NCBI GenBank assembly: GCA_046314355.1
Contig: JBKBWQ010000001.1
Location: 1,248,001-1,312,000, forward strand
Source of the DNA: Candidatus Altimarinota bacterium
GTDB lineage: Bacteria; Patescibacteriota; Gracilibacteria; 1-14-2-50-48-13
DNA length: 64,000 bases
Reading direction: 5' to 3'
The first letter of the stretch is position 1. Each line of letters starts with the position of its first letter. Of the stretch, positions 27,986-37,093 are shown piece by piece. The translations under genes and the position numbers were made by a program. The notes under the pieces are model-generated. The model worked only from the letters and a program-made list of their open reading frames with translations, made no database searches and had not been told where the DNA came from.

Positions 27986-29320
27986 TTATGCTTTATCTGC
28001 TGCTGCCTTAATCTTCTCAGCACTTGCCTTACCGATACCACCGATCATAGTAAGATCCTCTACACTCATCTGCTTCACTGTACTGATATCTTTGATACCT
28101 CCACCGATAAGCTTCTTCTTTGCAGAATCTGCAATATCGAGATTGTCGATGCTATCATCAGCTCCGCCTTTTTCGATGTCCTTCTTAGGCTTCTTTGCTT
28201 CTTTCTTTGGAGCTTCTTCTCCCTCAGCAGCTTCTGTCTCTGCAGCCTCTTCCTTTGGAAGTTTGGCTTCTTTCAGTTCTGTAATATCATGAAGATTGAT
28301 CTCATATCCAGTAAGGATAGATGCGAGACGTACATTCTGTCCTGCCCGTCCGATGGCAAGTGGTCTCTGGTCTGTAGGAACATAGACATCAGCTACTCTT
28401 TTCTTCTGATCAAGCTCTATGACAGAGATCTTAGCAGGGGAAAGTGCCTGAGAAATATACTTCTCAATATCATCGCTGTAAGCCACGATATCGATCATCT
28501 CATTATTGATCTCATCCATAATTGTCTGGATACGTACACCTTTCTGTCCTACACATGCTCCGATCGGATCTACCTTTGGATCGTTACTTTTTACAGCAAC
28601 CTTAGTTCGTACTCCAGCTTCACGAGCAATTCCTTTGATCTCTACTATCTTTGTCTTTACTTCAGGGATTTCAAATTCAAAAAGTTTAGCTACGAGCTGC
28701 GGACTTTTTCGGGAGATCACGAGACGTGGTCCTTTTGTAGTCTGCTCAACAGTAGAAAGGTATACCTTGATACGCTGTCCAAGCTGGTACCGCTCAGACT
28801 GTACTCGCTCTTCACGTGGAAGTGGTATAGTGTTTCTGTCGATTTCTACATACACCATTCCTTTATCTACTCGGGATACCTGTGCAGTAAGTAACTCATC
28901 TTCTCTTTCTTTGAAAGTTTCGAACAAAATATCTCTTTCAGCTTCCTGAAGTCTCTGTAGGATTACCTGCTTTGCTGCCTGGGCTGCAATTCGTCCGAAG
29001 CCTGGAGGTGTAACGTCAATACGGATCTCGTCTCCTGCCTTTGCGTCTTTCTTGTATTTCTTTGCATCTGGTGCAAGAATCTGAAGCTCCTCAAATCCTT
29101 CTTCCTCTTCGTTATAAGTGTCTACTACCTGTCGTACTATATATACTGTAAAGAATCCTGATTCGTCGTCTACAGTGACGTCGATATTCTGATCCTTGTT
29201 TCCAAAGTCTTTTCTGTAGGCTGTCTTGATGGCATCCTGTACTGCATGCATTACCTTGTCGCGGGGGATGTTTTTTTCCACGCAGAGCTGGTTGATGGCT
29301 GAGATGAACTGTTTGTTCAT
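27986..29320 (-). CDS. nusA: Transcription termination/antitermination factor NusA
   Basis: FGRIAAQAAKQVILQ; FEFEIPEV; REAGVRTKVAV; DPIGACVGQKG; AIGRAGQNVRLA; C-terminal HhH. Confidence 0.98.
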   Translation of the reverse strand: MNKQFISAINQLCVEKNIPRDKVMHAVQDAIKTAYRKDFGNKDQNIDVTVDDESGFFTVYIVRQVVDTYNEEEEGFEELQILAPDAKKYKKDAKAGDEIRIDVTPPGFGRIAAQAAKQVILQRLQEAERDILFETFKEREDELLTAQVSRVDKGMVYVEIDRNTIPLPREERVQSERYQLGQRIKVYLSTVEQTTKGPRLVISRKSPQLVAKLFEFEIPEVKTKIVEIKGIAREAGVRTKVAVKSNDPKVDPIGACVGQKGVRIQTIMDEINNEMIDIVAYSDDIEKYISQALSPAKISVIELDQKKRVADVYVPTDQRPLAIGRAGQNVRLASILTGYEINLHDITELKEAKLPKEEAAETEAAEGEEAPKKEAKKPKKDIEKGGADDSIDNLDIADSAKKKLIGGGIKDISTVKQMSVEDLTMIGGIGKASAEKIKAAADKA

Positions 29321-29460
29321 GGTATGAAGAATAATAAATAGGCTTTTTAAAAATGCGCATACTCCACATTAGGAAGTATACGTTATTTGTAGATATATAG
29401 TACACGGGAGTGGGGAGAATGTAAATAGTTTGTCAGGGTACTGGTGATTTGGGGGTGTAG

Positions 29461-29626
29461 GTGTGTTGTTCTCACCTGCCGGTGGGGCTTTTTCTTTTGT
29501 AACCAAAAGAAACAAAAGTTTTGGGGGAGGAGAAAAGCGTCTAGCAAGATTGAGTGTGATCTAGAAGTGATCAGACGCTTCTCCTCCCCCAAACCCCCAG
29601 GGACGGTGCGGTCTAGATGAGGGCTC
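29461..29626. repeat. Module M1, copy C
   Basis: Near-identical to 3450-3616 except in the large loop. Confidence 0.95.
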
Positions 29627-29709
29627 GAGTTACTAGTGGCTAGTGACTGTCACTAGCCACTAGTAACTACGCACCCAGGCGATGTACCTGCGGTACATGT
29701 CATAGGCTC
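29627..29709. repeat. Module M2, copy C
   Basis: Same 77-bp length as copy A; perfect 20-bp-arm hairpin; closed by AGGCTC. Confidence 0.9.
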
Positions 29710-29718
29710 AAGGGGGGA

Positions 29719-29760
29719 GAGCCTATCCCCTGAGAAGGGGGACACAGGGGGTTTGAGCCT
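29719..29760 (-). repeat. Module M3: 30-bp core between AGGCTC direct repeats
   Basis: GAGCCT-core-GAGCCT; core matches 31831-31860 at 26/30 positions on the opposite strand. Confidence 0.9.
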
Positions 29761-29838
29761 CTAGCCCGACAGCTCTTAAGCTAGACAAACTGGGTTATCT
29801 TTACTATGGTGATAAGGTACATTTTCTCTCTGATTCTT

Positions 29839-31083
29839 ATGAAATACAAAATTTTTCTTTCGGGCTTACTTGTAGCCTTTGCGGTGGTTCTTTCTCCTGT
29901 TACTGCATATGCTGCTTCTAGTGTTGCTTGGTCACAGGTTTCTCAGACTTTAGATATCCTTCATGGAGACGAGATTGGTAGTAAAGGGGATAGTTTTTTT
30001 AATAATTTAGCTAAGAAAACGGGCACGGTAACTGTGTCTGCATTTTTTGATGCGTACCGTAGTATGGATAGTATGCTGCCTATTGATGCGCAGTCTATGC
30101 CGGCTTCTCAGATGGTCTCTCCTATGATCTCTGCGCGTGCGAGGGGTTTTATAGATACTGCTGTAAAAGGTTCTGATCTTGTGACGCCTGAGCTTTTTGC
30201 GTCTATCAGTGCAAGAGATATGATCGTACAGAAGTATAAGCCGTATATTATGAAATTTGAGCGCGGTCTTGTCCGTTCTCCTGCAGAGGTAAATGAAAAG
30301 AGTTTTTCTTCGAGAGTAGAAATAAAAGAAATCCTCGTAAGATACAATGGATATCTTTCAAGAGCGGAACTTCCAGATTGGATGAAGAAGGAGCTCGGTA
30401 ACAGAAAAAATCAGTTTATCGCACTTGATAAAGTACTAGAGCGGAAAGAGAAGGAAGCGCAGGCTCTTGTAAAAGAGGATCTTTCAAAACAGCGTGTAGA
30501 ACTTGCTGTAAAGTTTTATAAGCAGCAGAGGAATCTCTCTTGTGAGATGGCAAGTCTCCGAAGTCTCCTCTCTTTTTATGGAAAGGAAGTCGCAGAGAAG
30601 GACCTGCTTGCAACTCTTGGTGTAGATGGTCCAGTGAAAATGACAGACGGAGTATGGGGAGATCCTCAAAAAGGATTTGTAGGTAATGTGGATGGCAAAC
30701 AGGCTACTAAAACTGGGTATGGTACATATTGGCAGGCTGTGGCGCGGGTGGGTGCAAGCTATTACGATAAGATAGGATATTTTGAAGGATCATCAGTATC
30801 TTTCCTTACATCCTCGATCCTTGAAGGAAAGCCAGTGATCATATGGGGACTATTACCTGCTACTGGAGGGAATTTTGAGATTACATGGAAGACAGAGGAA
30901 GGAAAAAGTGTGACTGGGTATAATGGAGAGCACTCTTATCTTGTCTATGGGTTTGTAGGTCCGAAAGAAGCTCCTACAAAAATCCTAGTGGTAGATCCAT
31001 GGTACGGTTATAAAGAAATTGACACGGCTAAGTTTGACGGCTTCTGGTCAAAGTTTGGAAGAAGCGGAGTGCGTGTCCAATAG
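29839..31083 (+). CDS. Secreted protein with C-terminal C39-like cysteine peptidase
   Basis: Signal peptide; FYKQQRNLSCEMASL; GDPQKGFVG; EHSYLVYG; VVDPWYG. Confidence 0.85.
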   Translation: MKYKIFLSGLLVAFAVVLSPVTAYAASSVAWSQVSQTLDILHGDEIGSKGDSFFNNLAKKTGTVTVSAFFDAYRSMDSMLPIDAQSMPASQMVSPMISARARGFIDTAVKGSDLVTPELFASISARDMIVQKYKPYIMKFERGLVRSPAEVNEKSFSSRVEIKEILVRYNGYLSRAELPDWMKKELGNRKNQFIALDKVLERKEKEAQALVKEDLSKQRVELAVKFYKQQRNLSCEMASLRSLLSFYGKEVAEKDLLATLGVDGPVKMTDGVWGDPQKGFVGNVDGKQATKTGYGTYWQAVARVGASYYDKIGYFEGSSVSFLTSSILEGKPVIIWGLLPATGGNFEITWKTEEGKSVTGYNGEHSYLVYGFVGPKEAPTKILVVDPWYGYKEIDTAKFDGFWSKFGRSGVRVQ

Positions 31084-31189
31084 GCATATCCGCAGAATGT
31101 AAATACAGAATCTATGCAAGAACAATGCGTTTACACTGATATGTGCATGTCATATAATGAATCTGTACCTTTAATTAAAAACTATATTT

Positions 31190-31816
31190 ATGTCATATTT
31201 AGTACCTACAGTTATCGAAAAGACTCCCATGGGAGAGCGCGCGTATGATATCTATTCAAGACTCCTCAAGGACCGTGTTATTTTCATGAGCGGTCAGGTG
31301 ACGGATGAGTCAGCAAGTATTGTCATTGCGCAGCTTTTATTCCTACAGAGTGAAGATCCTAAAAAAGATATCGTCATGTATATCAATTCTCCGGGCGGAT
31401 CAGTATCAGCAGGAATGGCCATCTATGATACAATGCAGTATCTGAGCTGTGACGTCTCTACCGTGTGTATTGGTCTTGCTGCAAGTATGGGGTCAGTTCT
31501 TCTCATGGCAGGAGCGAGAGGAAAAAGATTTATTCTTCCTCATGCTGAGGTCATGATCCATCAGCCGCTTATGCAGGGATTAGGTGGACAGGCATCAGAT
31601 ATTGAAATCTATGCAAAACACATCGTAAGAACAAAGGATATTCTTCATAATCTCTACGAGCTTCATACCGGTGAATCAGTAGATAAGATCGTGAAGGATA
31701 TGGACCGTGATAATTTCCTCACGGCAGAGCAGGCTATAAAATACGGTAAATTTGGTCTTGTGGATAAAATCATCGAACACAATACTACACGGCTTACATA
31801 TTTGAAAAAGAAATAG
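31190..31816 (+). CDS. clpP: ATP-dependent Clp protease proteolytic subunit
   Basis: [14 protein letters not shown]; YINSPGGSV; GLAASMGS; MIHQP; DRDNF. Confidence 0.98.
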   Translation: MSYLVPTVIEKTPMGERAYDIYSRLLKDRVIFMSGQVTDESASIVIAQLLFLQSEDPKKDIVMYINSPGGSVSAGMAIYDTMQYLSCDVSTVCIGLAASMGSVLLMAGARGKRFILPHAEVMIHQPLMQGLGGQASDIEIYAKHIVRTKDILHNLYELHTGESVDKIVKDMDRDNFLTAEQAIKYGKFGLVDKIIEHNTTRLTYLKKK

Positions 31817-31824
31817 TCATCTAT

Positions 31825-31866
31825 AGGCTCAAACCCCCTGTATCCCCCTTGTCAGGGGGAAGGCTC
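31825..31866 (+). repeat. Module M3: 30-bp core between AGGCTC direct repeats
   Basis: AGGCTC-AAACCCCCTGTATCCCCCTTGTCAGGGGGA-AGGCTC. Confidence 0.9.
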
Positions 31867-31911
31867 TTGGGTCTACATTAATTCTTACTTATCAATTCTT
31901 ATCCTCAACCC

Positions 31912-32769
31912 ATGTATATCAGAGTCAATTATCTGAGGAAGAACGCAATGCATGATCTGGAAATACCCAGAGAAAAAAGTGCTGAGTTCAAGCAGGGTGA
32001 TTATGTTATCCTCCGTATTCCGGAAGAGGAACGTGAGGAAGTAGGAAAAATAGTGCTCAAACATGATTTTGAGACTGCTGAACATAATCCTCCAGTACTG
32101 CTACGTAAAGCAACGGAAGCTGATATTTCACGAATTTCCTACCTTCAGGAGGAAGAGAAGAAGGCATTCTCTATGTTTATGCAGAAGATTGAAAAATACA
32201 GACTAGATATGCAGCCTGTGACTGTATTTTTTTCCTTTGATGGAAAATATGCAGATCTGCTCTTTACCGCAAAGGAAAGAGTAGACTTTCGTGAACTCGT
32301 AAAAGATCTAGCATCGTTTTTAAAGAAGAAAATATTTCTTGAGCAGGTTGGTCCCCGTGACCGTTCTGCCGTTGCAGGCGGATGCGGCACATGCGGACGT
32401 ACTCTTTGCTGCTCCAGTTTTTTGAAGGATCCTCCTCCTGTTACTATGACCTCTGTCCGTAATCAGAATCTTTTCTTTAAGGACCGTGAGAAACTCACTG
32501 GTCTTTGCGGAAAACTCAAGTGCTGTCTCAACTATGAGCTTGATGTGTACGAAGAGCTGGCAAAAGCCTTCCCGCCTATGCAGAGTGAGGTAAAGATCAT
32601 CTCTACAGGCAAGATGGGGACTATTGTAGGCCGAAGCATCCTGGATCAGCAGGTAAAGGTACTTACAAGTGACGGCAACAGACCAGCATTGATACCGCTC
32701 TCAGATATACACGTACTGAAGGCTGCCCGACATAGAGAACAAAGTGCGGTGGCGGAAGTACTCGAATAA
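31912..32769 (+). CDS. PSP1-domain protein (RicT/YaaT-like, Fe-S)
   Basis: FTAKERVDFRELVKDL; GGCGTCGRTLCC; GLCGKLKCCLNYE. Confidence 0.92.
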   Translation: MYIRVNYLRKNAMHDLEIPREKSAEFKQGDYVILRIPEEEREEVGKIVLKHDFETAEHNPPVLLRKATEADISRISYLQEEEKKAFSMFMQKIEKYRLDMQPVTVFFSFDGKYADLLFTAKERVDFRELVKDLASFLKKKIFLEQVGPRDRSAVAGGCGTCGRTLCCSSFLKDPPPVTMTSVRNQNLFFKDREKLTGLCGKLKCCLNYELDVYEELAKAFPPMQSEVKIISTGKMGTIVGRSILDQQVKVLTSDGNRPALIPLSDIHVLKAARHREQSAVAEVLE

Positions 32770-32783
32770 TAACTCTCATTTCT

Positions 32784-33128
32784 ATGGATTGTTTATTTTG
32801 CAAAATAGTATCAGGAGACATACCTGCACCGCGTATATACGAGGATGAAAACATAATCATTATTGAAGATCTTCACCCGAAGGCTCCTGTGCATGCTCTT
32901 GTTATTCCTAAAAAACATATTGAAAGTATCGCACTCCTCAGAGAAGAAGATGCCGGGCTTGTAGGAGACATGCATATAGCAGCTGCAAAGACAGCAAAGG
33001 ATCATTATAAAATACCTGGATATAAAGTAATGTTTAATGTGAATAAGGAGGGAGGACAGGAGATCATGCATCTTCATTTACATTTGCTTGGAGGCGCAGA
33101 GCTTTCTATGCCTAACGCAGGACAATAA
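32784..33128 (+). CDS. HIT-family (HinT-like) hydrolase
   Basis: DCLFCKI; PKAPVHALVIPKKH; GQEIMHLHLHLLGG. Confidence 0.95.
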   Translation: MDCLFCKIVSGDIPAPRIYEDENIIIIEDLHPKAPVHALVIPKKHIESIALLREEDAGLVGDMHIAAAKTAKDHYKIPGYKVMFNVNKEGGQEIMHLHLHLLGGAELSMPNAGQ

Positions 33129-33129
33129 T

Positions 33130-33690
33130 ATGGATAAGCCAACTCTTATTATTATCAATGGTCTCTCTGCCACAGGAAAAAGCACACTCATAGACCGGAT
33201 TACTAGTGAATTTCATCTGCCGATCTTCTCTATGGATGTAGTCAAAGAGTATCTTTTTGATGAATTAGGTACAGATGATACAGAATGGTCAGCAGCACTT
33301 GGAAAAAGCTCTAGAGGGCTTATTTATATGAGTGCAAAGGAAGTACTCGCAGTGGGACAGTCATGCATTGTAGAGGGCTTGTTTGAGCCAGAAGAGAATA
33401 AGAAAAATATTGAATATATCCAGAAAAGTGCTTCCTGCAATCTTATACAGATCATATGTACAGCTGATAATGCAGAACGTATTCAGAGATGGAATGACCG
33501 TGTGAAAAGCGGCGACAGACATCCTGGTCATAATGACGAGATACTTACAGGAGAAAATTATGTGAACGCTCTTGAGGCTTGTGATCCTGTTGTTCCTTTA
33601 GAGGCACCTCTTTTATGCTATAGAAGTGATGCAGAGGACGCTGAAGGGGAACTAAATTCACTGATTTCTGCCCTTAAAGAGCTCCTATGA
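33130..33690 (+). CDS. P-loop kinase (AAA_33-like)
   Basis: LIIINGLSATGKST; DVVKEYLFD; RHPGH. Confidence 0.8.
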   Translation: MDKPTLIIINGLSATGKSTLIDRITSEFHLPIFSMDVVKEYLFDELGTDDTEWSAALGKSSRGLIYMSAKEVLAVGQSCIVEGLFEPEENKKNIEYIQKSASCNLIQIICTADNAERIQRWNDRVKSGDRHPGHNDEILTGENYVNALEACDPVVPLEAPLLCYRSDAEDAEGELNSLISALKELL

Positions 33691-34709
33691 TGCCACTTGT
33701 TACGGTTGGATTTATTAATTATTCTAATCCAAGCATAGGATACTCCAGTAAAAAGTATCTTAAGCTTTTTCTTGAAACCCTCGCTGCACAAACGTATGAG
33801 AATCTTGAAGTTATATGTCTTGATAACGGTTCCACAGATAATGAAGAATCACTTCAAATGATCAAAGAGTTCTATCCTGGAATAAAAATTATTAGAAATA
33901 AAGAAAATACAGGGTTCATTGCACATAATCAGATTATCGCTGAAGGCAAAGGAAAGTATTACTTATGCATAAATTTTGACCTACTCCTAGATCCCCATTA
34001 TATCAAGAATTTGGTGGATTTTGCGGAAGCCCACCCTGATGTTGGAACATTTGGAGGAAGTATTTACCGCTGGGATTTTGCAAAGAATGTTAAGACTGAA
34101 TATTTAGATGCGACTGGTATTACTATTTCTCCATCTCATCATTTACGTGAACGTGAAACTGGAGTACATGTACCATTTGTTGAAATAGAAAAAAGAAATC
34201 CGGAAGAGGTATTTGGAATATCCGGCGTAAGTGTGATGTTCAATAAACAGGCACTTGAAGATATTTATTCTGTATACAACTATTACTTTGATCCGCTTTT
34301 TGTCATTTATAAAGAAGAAGTGGATCTCATGTACCGACTCAGATGGCTCGGATGGAAATCTTGGTATATTCCAAGTGCATTAGCATGGCATGATCGGACA
34401 TTGGGAGAAAAGCAAAAATTTAGATTGAGAAATCTTACAATTCTTACAAACCGTAAACATAAGAGTGAGTACAATAGGAGACAGTCTATCCGGAATCATC
34501 TTTGTATACTCTATAAAAACTTTTCTTTCTCCTTTTCTTTAAAGGTAAAAGTTCTGACATTTTGGGATGAGATCAGGAAATTCTTTTGGGTGCTACTTTT
34601 TGAGAGCTTTGCGTTAAGTGCTTATAAGGATTTTTGGAGAATGAGGAAAGAGTTGAAAGTGAGCAAGAAGAGTGTAGCGCCGGAAGAGATTGAGAAGTTA
34701 ATGATGTAA
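33687..34709 (+). CDS. Glycosyltransferase family 2
   Basis: CLDNGSTD; ENTGF; INFD; YKEEVDLMYR; AWH. Confidence 0.9.
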   Translation: MMPLVTVGFINYSNPSIGYSSKKYLKLFLETLAAQTYENLEVICLDNGSTDNEESLQMIKEFYPGIKIIRNKENTGFIAHNQIIAEGKGKYYLCINFDLLLDPHYIKNLVDFAEAHPDVGTFGGSIYRWDFAKNVKTEYLDATGITISPSHHLRERETGVHVPFVEIEKRNPEEVFGISGVSVMFNKQALEDIYSVYNYYFDPLFVIYKEEVDLMYRLRWLGWKSWYIPSALAWHDRTLGEKQKFRLRNLTILTNRKHKSEYNRRQSIRNHLCILYKNFSFSFSLKVKVLTFWDEIRKFFWVLLFESFALSAYKDFWRMRKELKVSKKSVAPEEIEKLMM

Positions 34710-34724
34710 TAGAACAAGAAGAAG

Positions 34725-35312
34725 CCTGGAGCCGTCATCCAGCAGAGTGTTAAAATAGGAACATAAAGTATCTTGAACTGCAGGAACCATCAAACTCAAG
34801 CCAGGTAGAAAGCATATGAGCTATTATTTAAACGTGTTTATAGAAAATATCTACAACTCTGTTATAAAAGGGTATTTTCCTGCTTAAAATTTAGTAAGCT
34901 TTAAAAAAGCTTACGGCTTACTTATGACATACGCCTATATCCTCGCATCTGAAAAAAACGGTACCCTTTACACAGGGGTAACTATAGATTTAGAAAGACG
35001 ACTTTGGGAACATAAACAAGAATCTAGTAAGGCTTTAAAAAAAAATACAGAATCTGGAGGCTCGTGTATTTTGAATATTATGAATCAATAGTTGATGCAA
35101 TTCATCGTGAAAAACAGATCAAAAACAAGAAGCGAGATTGGAAGAAGAGGCTTATTCTTTCTTTCAATCCTGAGTGGAAAGATTTGAGTGAAGCAATGGG
35201 CGCTTAAGCTCAGTTTTGTTGTTTCAGAATTTTTTGTGTTTGGAGACCCCTCCCACAGTTCTATTATTGAATCTAAAGTTTCTGTGTCACTCTGCAGGAT
35301 GACGGCTCTAGG
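34725..35312. mobile_element. Putative GIY-YIG cassette bounded by 25-bp terminal inverted repeats
   Basis: 34725-34749 CCTGGAGCCGTCATCCAGCAGAGTG versus reverse complement of 35288-35312 CCTAGAGCCGTCATCCTGCAGAGTG (23/25). Mobility is inferred. Confidence 0.6.
34924..35207 (+). pseudogene. Small GIY-YIG nuclease with a single frameshift
   Basis: Frame 0: MTYAYILASEKNGTLYTGVTIDLERRLWEHKQ. Frame -1: GFKKKYRIWRLVYFEYYESIVDAIHREKQIKNKKRDWKKRLILSFNPEWKDL. Shift lies near TTT-A9 at ~35030-35045. Confidence 0.9.
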
Positions 35313-35471
35313 ATTTATTCTGCAAATCTTAAAAAGGGATTAGGTTTCTTATATCTATATTGATACATGAAGCAAGATAATGAACTAATCGTTTCACGCA
35401 GATAATGGTACTGGGACTCTGTCACTAACAATATGGCCTATTCAAAAAGGTTTACTTACCAACTAAAGAAT

Positions 35472-35523
35472 TTACTCTCTTACTCTCTTACTCTCTTACT
35501 CTCTTACTCTCTTACTCTCTTAC
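35472..35523. repeat. (TTACTCTC)6 tandem repeat
   Basis: Six perfect octamers counted. Confidence 0.95.
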
Positions 35524-35593
35524 TTACTTCTTACACTAGACAAACCTCTTCTTTAGGATTATAACTCTCCACTATCATATAACTCATTTCTCT

Positions 35594-36328
35594 ATGGAAA
35601 CAGCGAGATCATATGTGGACGGATATGTAGGAAAAAAGATAGAAAGACTCTCCTCTGAAAAGGAGGAAGTAGCAAAGAAGCTTGCCTCTCTCGGGCTTGA
35701 GCATTTTCATAATGCGGTGGAGAAAATAGTAGATGATCAGGTGACAGAAGAGACGAAAAGACTAGAGAAAAATCAAAGAGGATTAGAGGAGCATTTGCAG
35801 AAGAATGGTATTAATAGAAAGCTAGAAGACACAGGGGTGTTTGAAGGGTCTAACACTGATGACGGAATGAGAGTCGTAGGTACTCATAATCATGCTACAG
35901 AAGAGACAGCTATCGATCAGAGAGAAATGGAAATGGCAGTAGAAAGTGGAGACTATACTAGAGTAAATCATATCTTAGCTCATGAGGAGACTCATGAAAA
36001 TTATCCAGGTCCAGATATATATCAGCAGGATCCTGAAATCCTTCAGAAAACTCTCATCGGTCTCTATGAAGGGTGGACTGAAGATAAAAATAGAGAAAAT
36101 TTAGGCACCGCTGTTCTGGAAGCATATGAGAAAGAGCGGGCATTGCTGAAAGAAACGGTGGAGAGAGCTGGCAATAAGGAGCATCTTGAAAAGGCATTGA
36201 AAGAAAAAGACTCCTTTGGAGCGCGTATTATTCTGCTTCACAGTCTGCAGCATACTCGTCCGGATCTGCTCGGAGGATACGATCCGACCTTTGAGTTTAT
36301 GCTCTATAAGAGTAAGAAAAATATATAG
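35594..36328 (+). CDS. Hypothetical protein with HExxH..E zinc-peptidase-like motif
   Basis: ILAHEETHE followed by LYEGWTE. Confidence 0.65.
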   Translation: METARSYVDGYVGKKIERLSSEKEEVAKKLASLGLEHFHNAVEKIVDDQVTEETKRLEKNQRGLEEHLQKNGINRKLEDTGVFEGSNTDDGMRVVGTHNHATEETAIDQREMEMAVESGDYTRVNHILAHEETHENYPGPDIYQQDPEILQKTLIGLYEGWTEDKNRENLGTAVLEAYEKERALLKETVERAGNKEHLEKALKEKDSFGARIILLHSLQHTRPDLLGGYDPTFEFMLYKSKKNI

Positions 36329-36415
36329 ATCTGGAATTCAAGAAAAGCCTCCCTGTAGAAGAGAGGCTTTTCGGAGAACATTACTTTTTGATAACTCTAT
36401 TAGAGTTTGTCTCAA

Positions 36416-36988
36416 TTAATTGATGACAGACTTCTTGAAAAGAGTAATGGTTCTGATCTCTGGGATCACGTGGCAGACATCTTTTTCTAATTTTATAGTC
36501 TCAACATGATCAGCATATCCTGCTTTTTTCACTGTAAATTTATAATGACCTTTGCCTTCCCAGATGCCTGAATACATACCGTCATCACCTTCATCAAAAT
36601 TGGACTGCTGTGTGGAATCTGAAGTGAGATTCGCTGTCACAGTAGCTCCTTTCAAAGGATCACCATTCTCATCCTGAAGGATAATCTGAAGTCCGGATTT
36701 TGCTTCAAGAGTACAGGCTGTCGCCTCACTCTTTAGATCCTTTCCTAATAGAGAGGCAAATCGATCAAGAATTACTGCAAGTTCTGCACGGCTTACCTGA
36801 TTATTTGCTCTGAAAGACCCATCGGGATAACCTTTTATGACATCGTTATACGCGAGTTTTTCTACAGATGGTTTGAACCAGTCTGAAAAACTTCCTTGAT
36901 CAGAGAAGCTGCTGGTAGCAGCTACCGCAATGCCTGTAATACTAAAAATACTTATAACTCCTAGGGTGAGTAAGATATTCTTTTTCAT
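36416..36988 (-). CDS. Secreted SLH-domain protein with a beta-sandwich (carboxypeptidase-regulatory-like) domain
   Basis: Signal peptide; GYPDGSFRANNQVSRAELAVIL; DENGDPLKGATV..VKKAGY. Confidence 0.85.
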   Translation of the reverse strand: MKKNILLTLGVISIFSITGIAVAATSSFSDQGSFSDWFKPSVEKLAYNDVIKGYPDGSFRANNQVSRAELAVILDRFASLLGKDLKSEATACTLEAKSGLQIILQDENGDPLKGATVTANLTSDSTQQSNFDEGDDGMYSGIWEGKGHYKFTVKKAGYADHVETIKLEKDVCHVIPEIRTITLFKKSVIN

Positions 36989-37093
36989 AAGAAATGAGTA
37001 AGGAATAATACTTCTCAGTATATACCGCTTAGAGAATATGTATAGTAAAATGAGTAGTCGAAAAAAGACCGCCTTGAGGAAGCGGTCTTTTCT

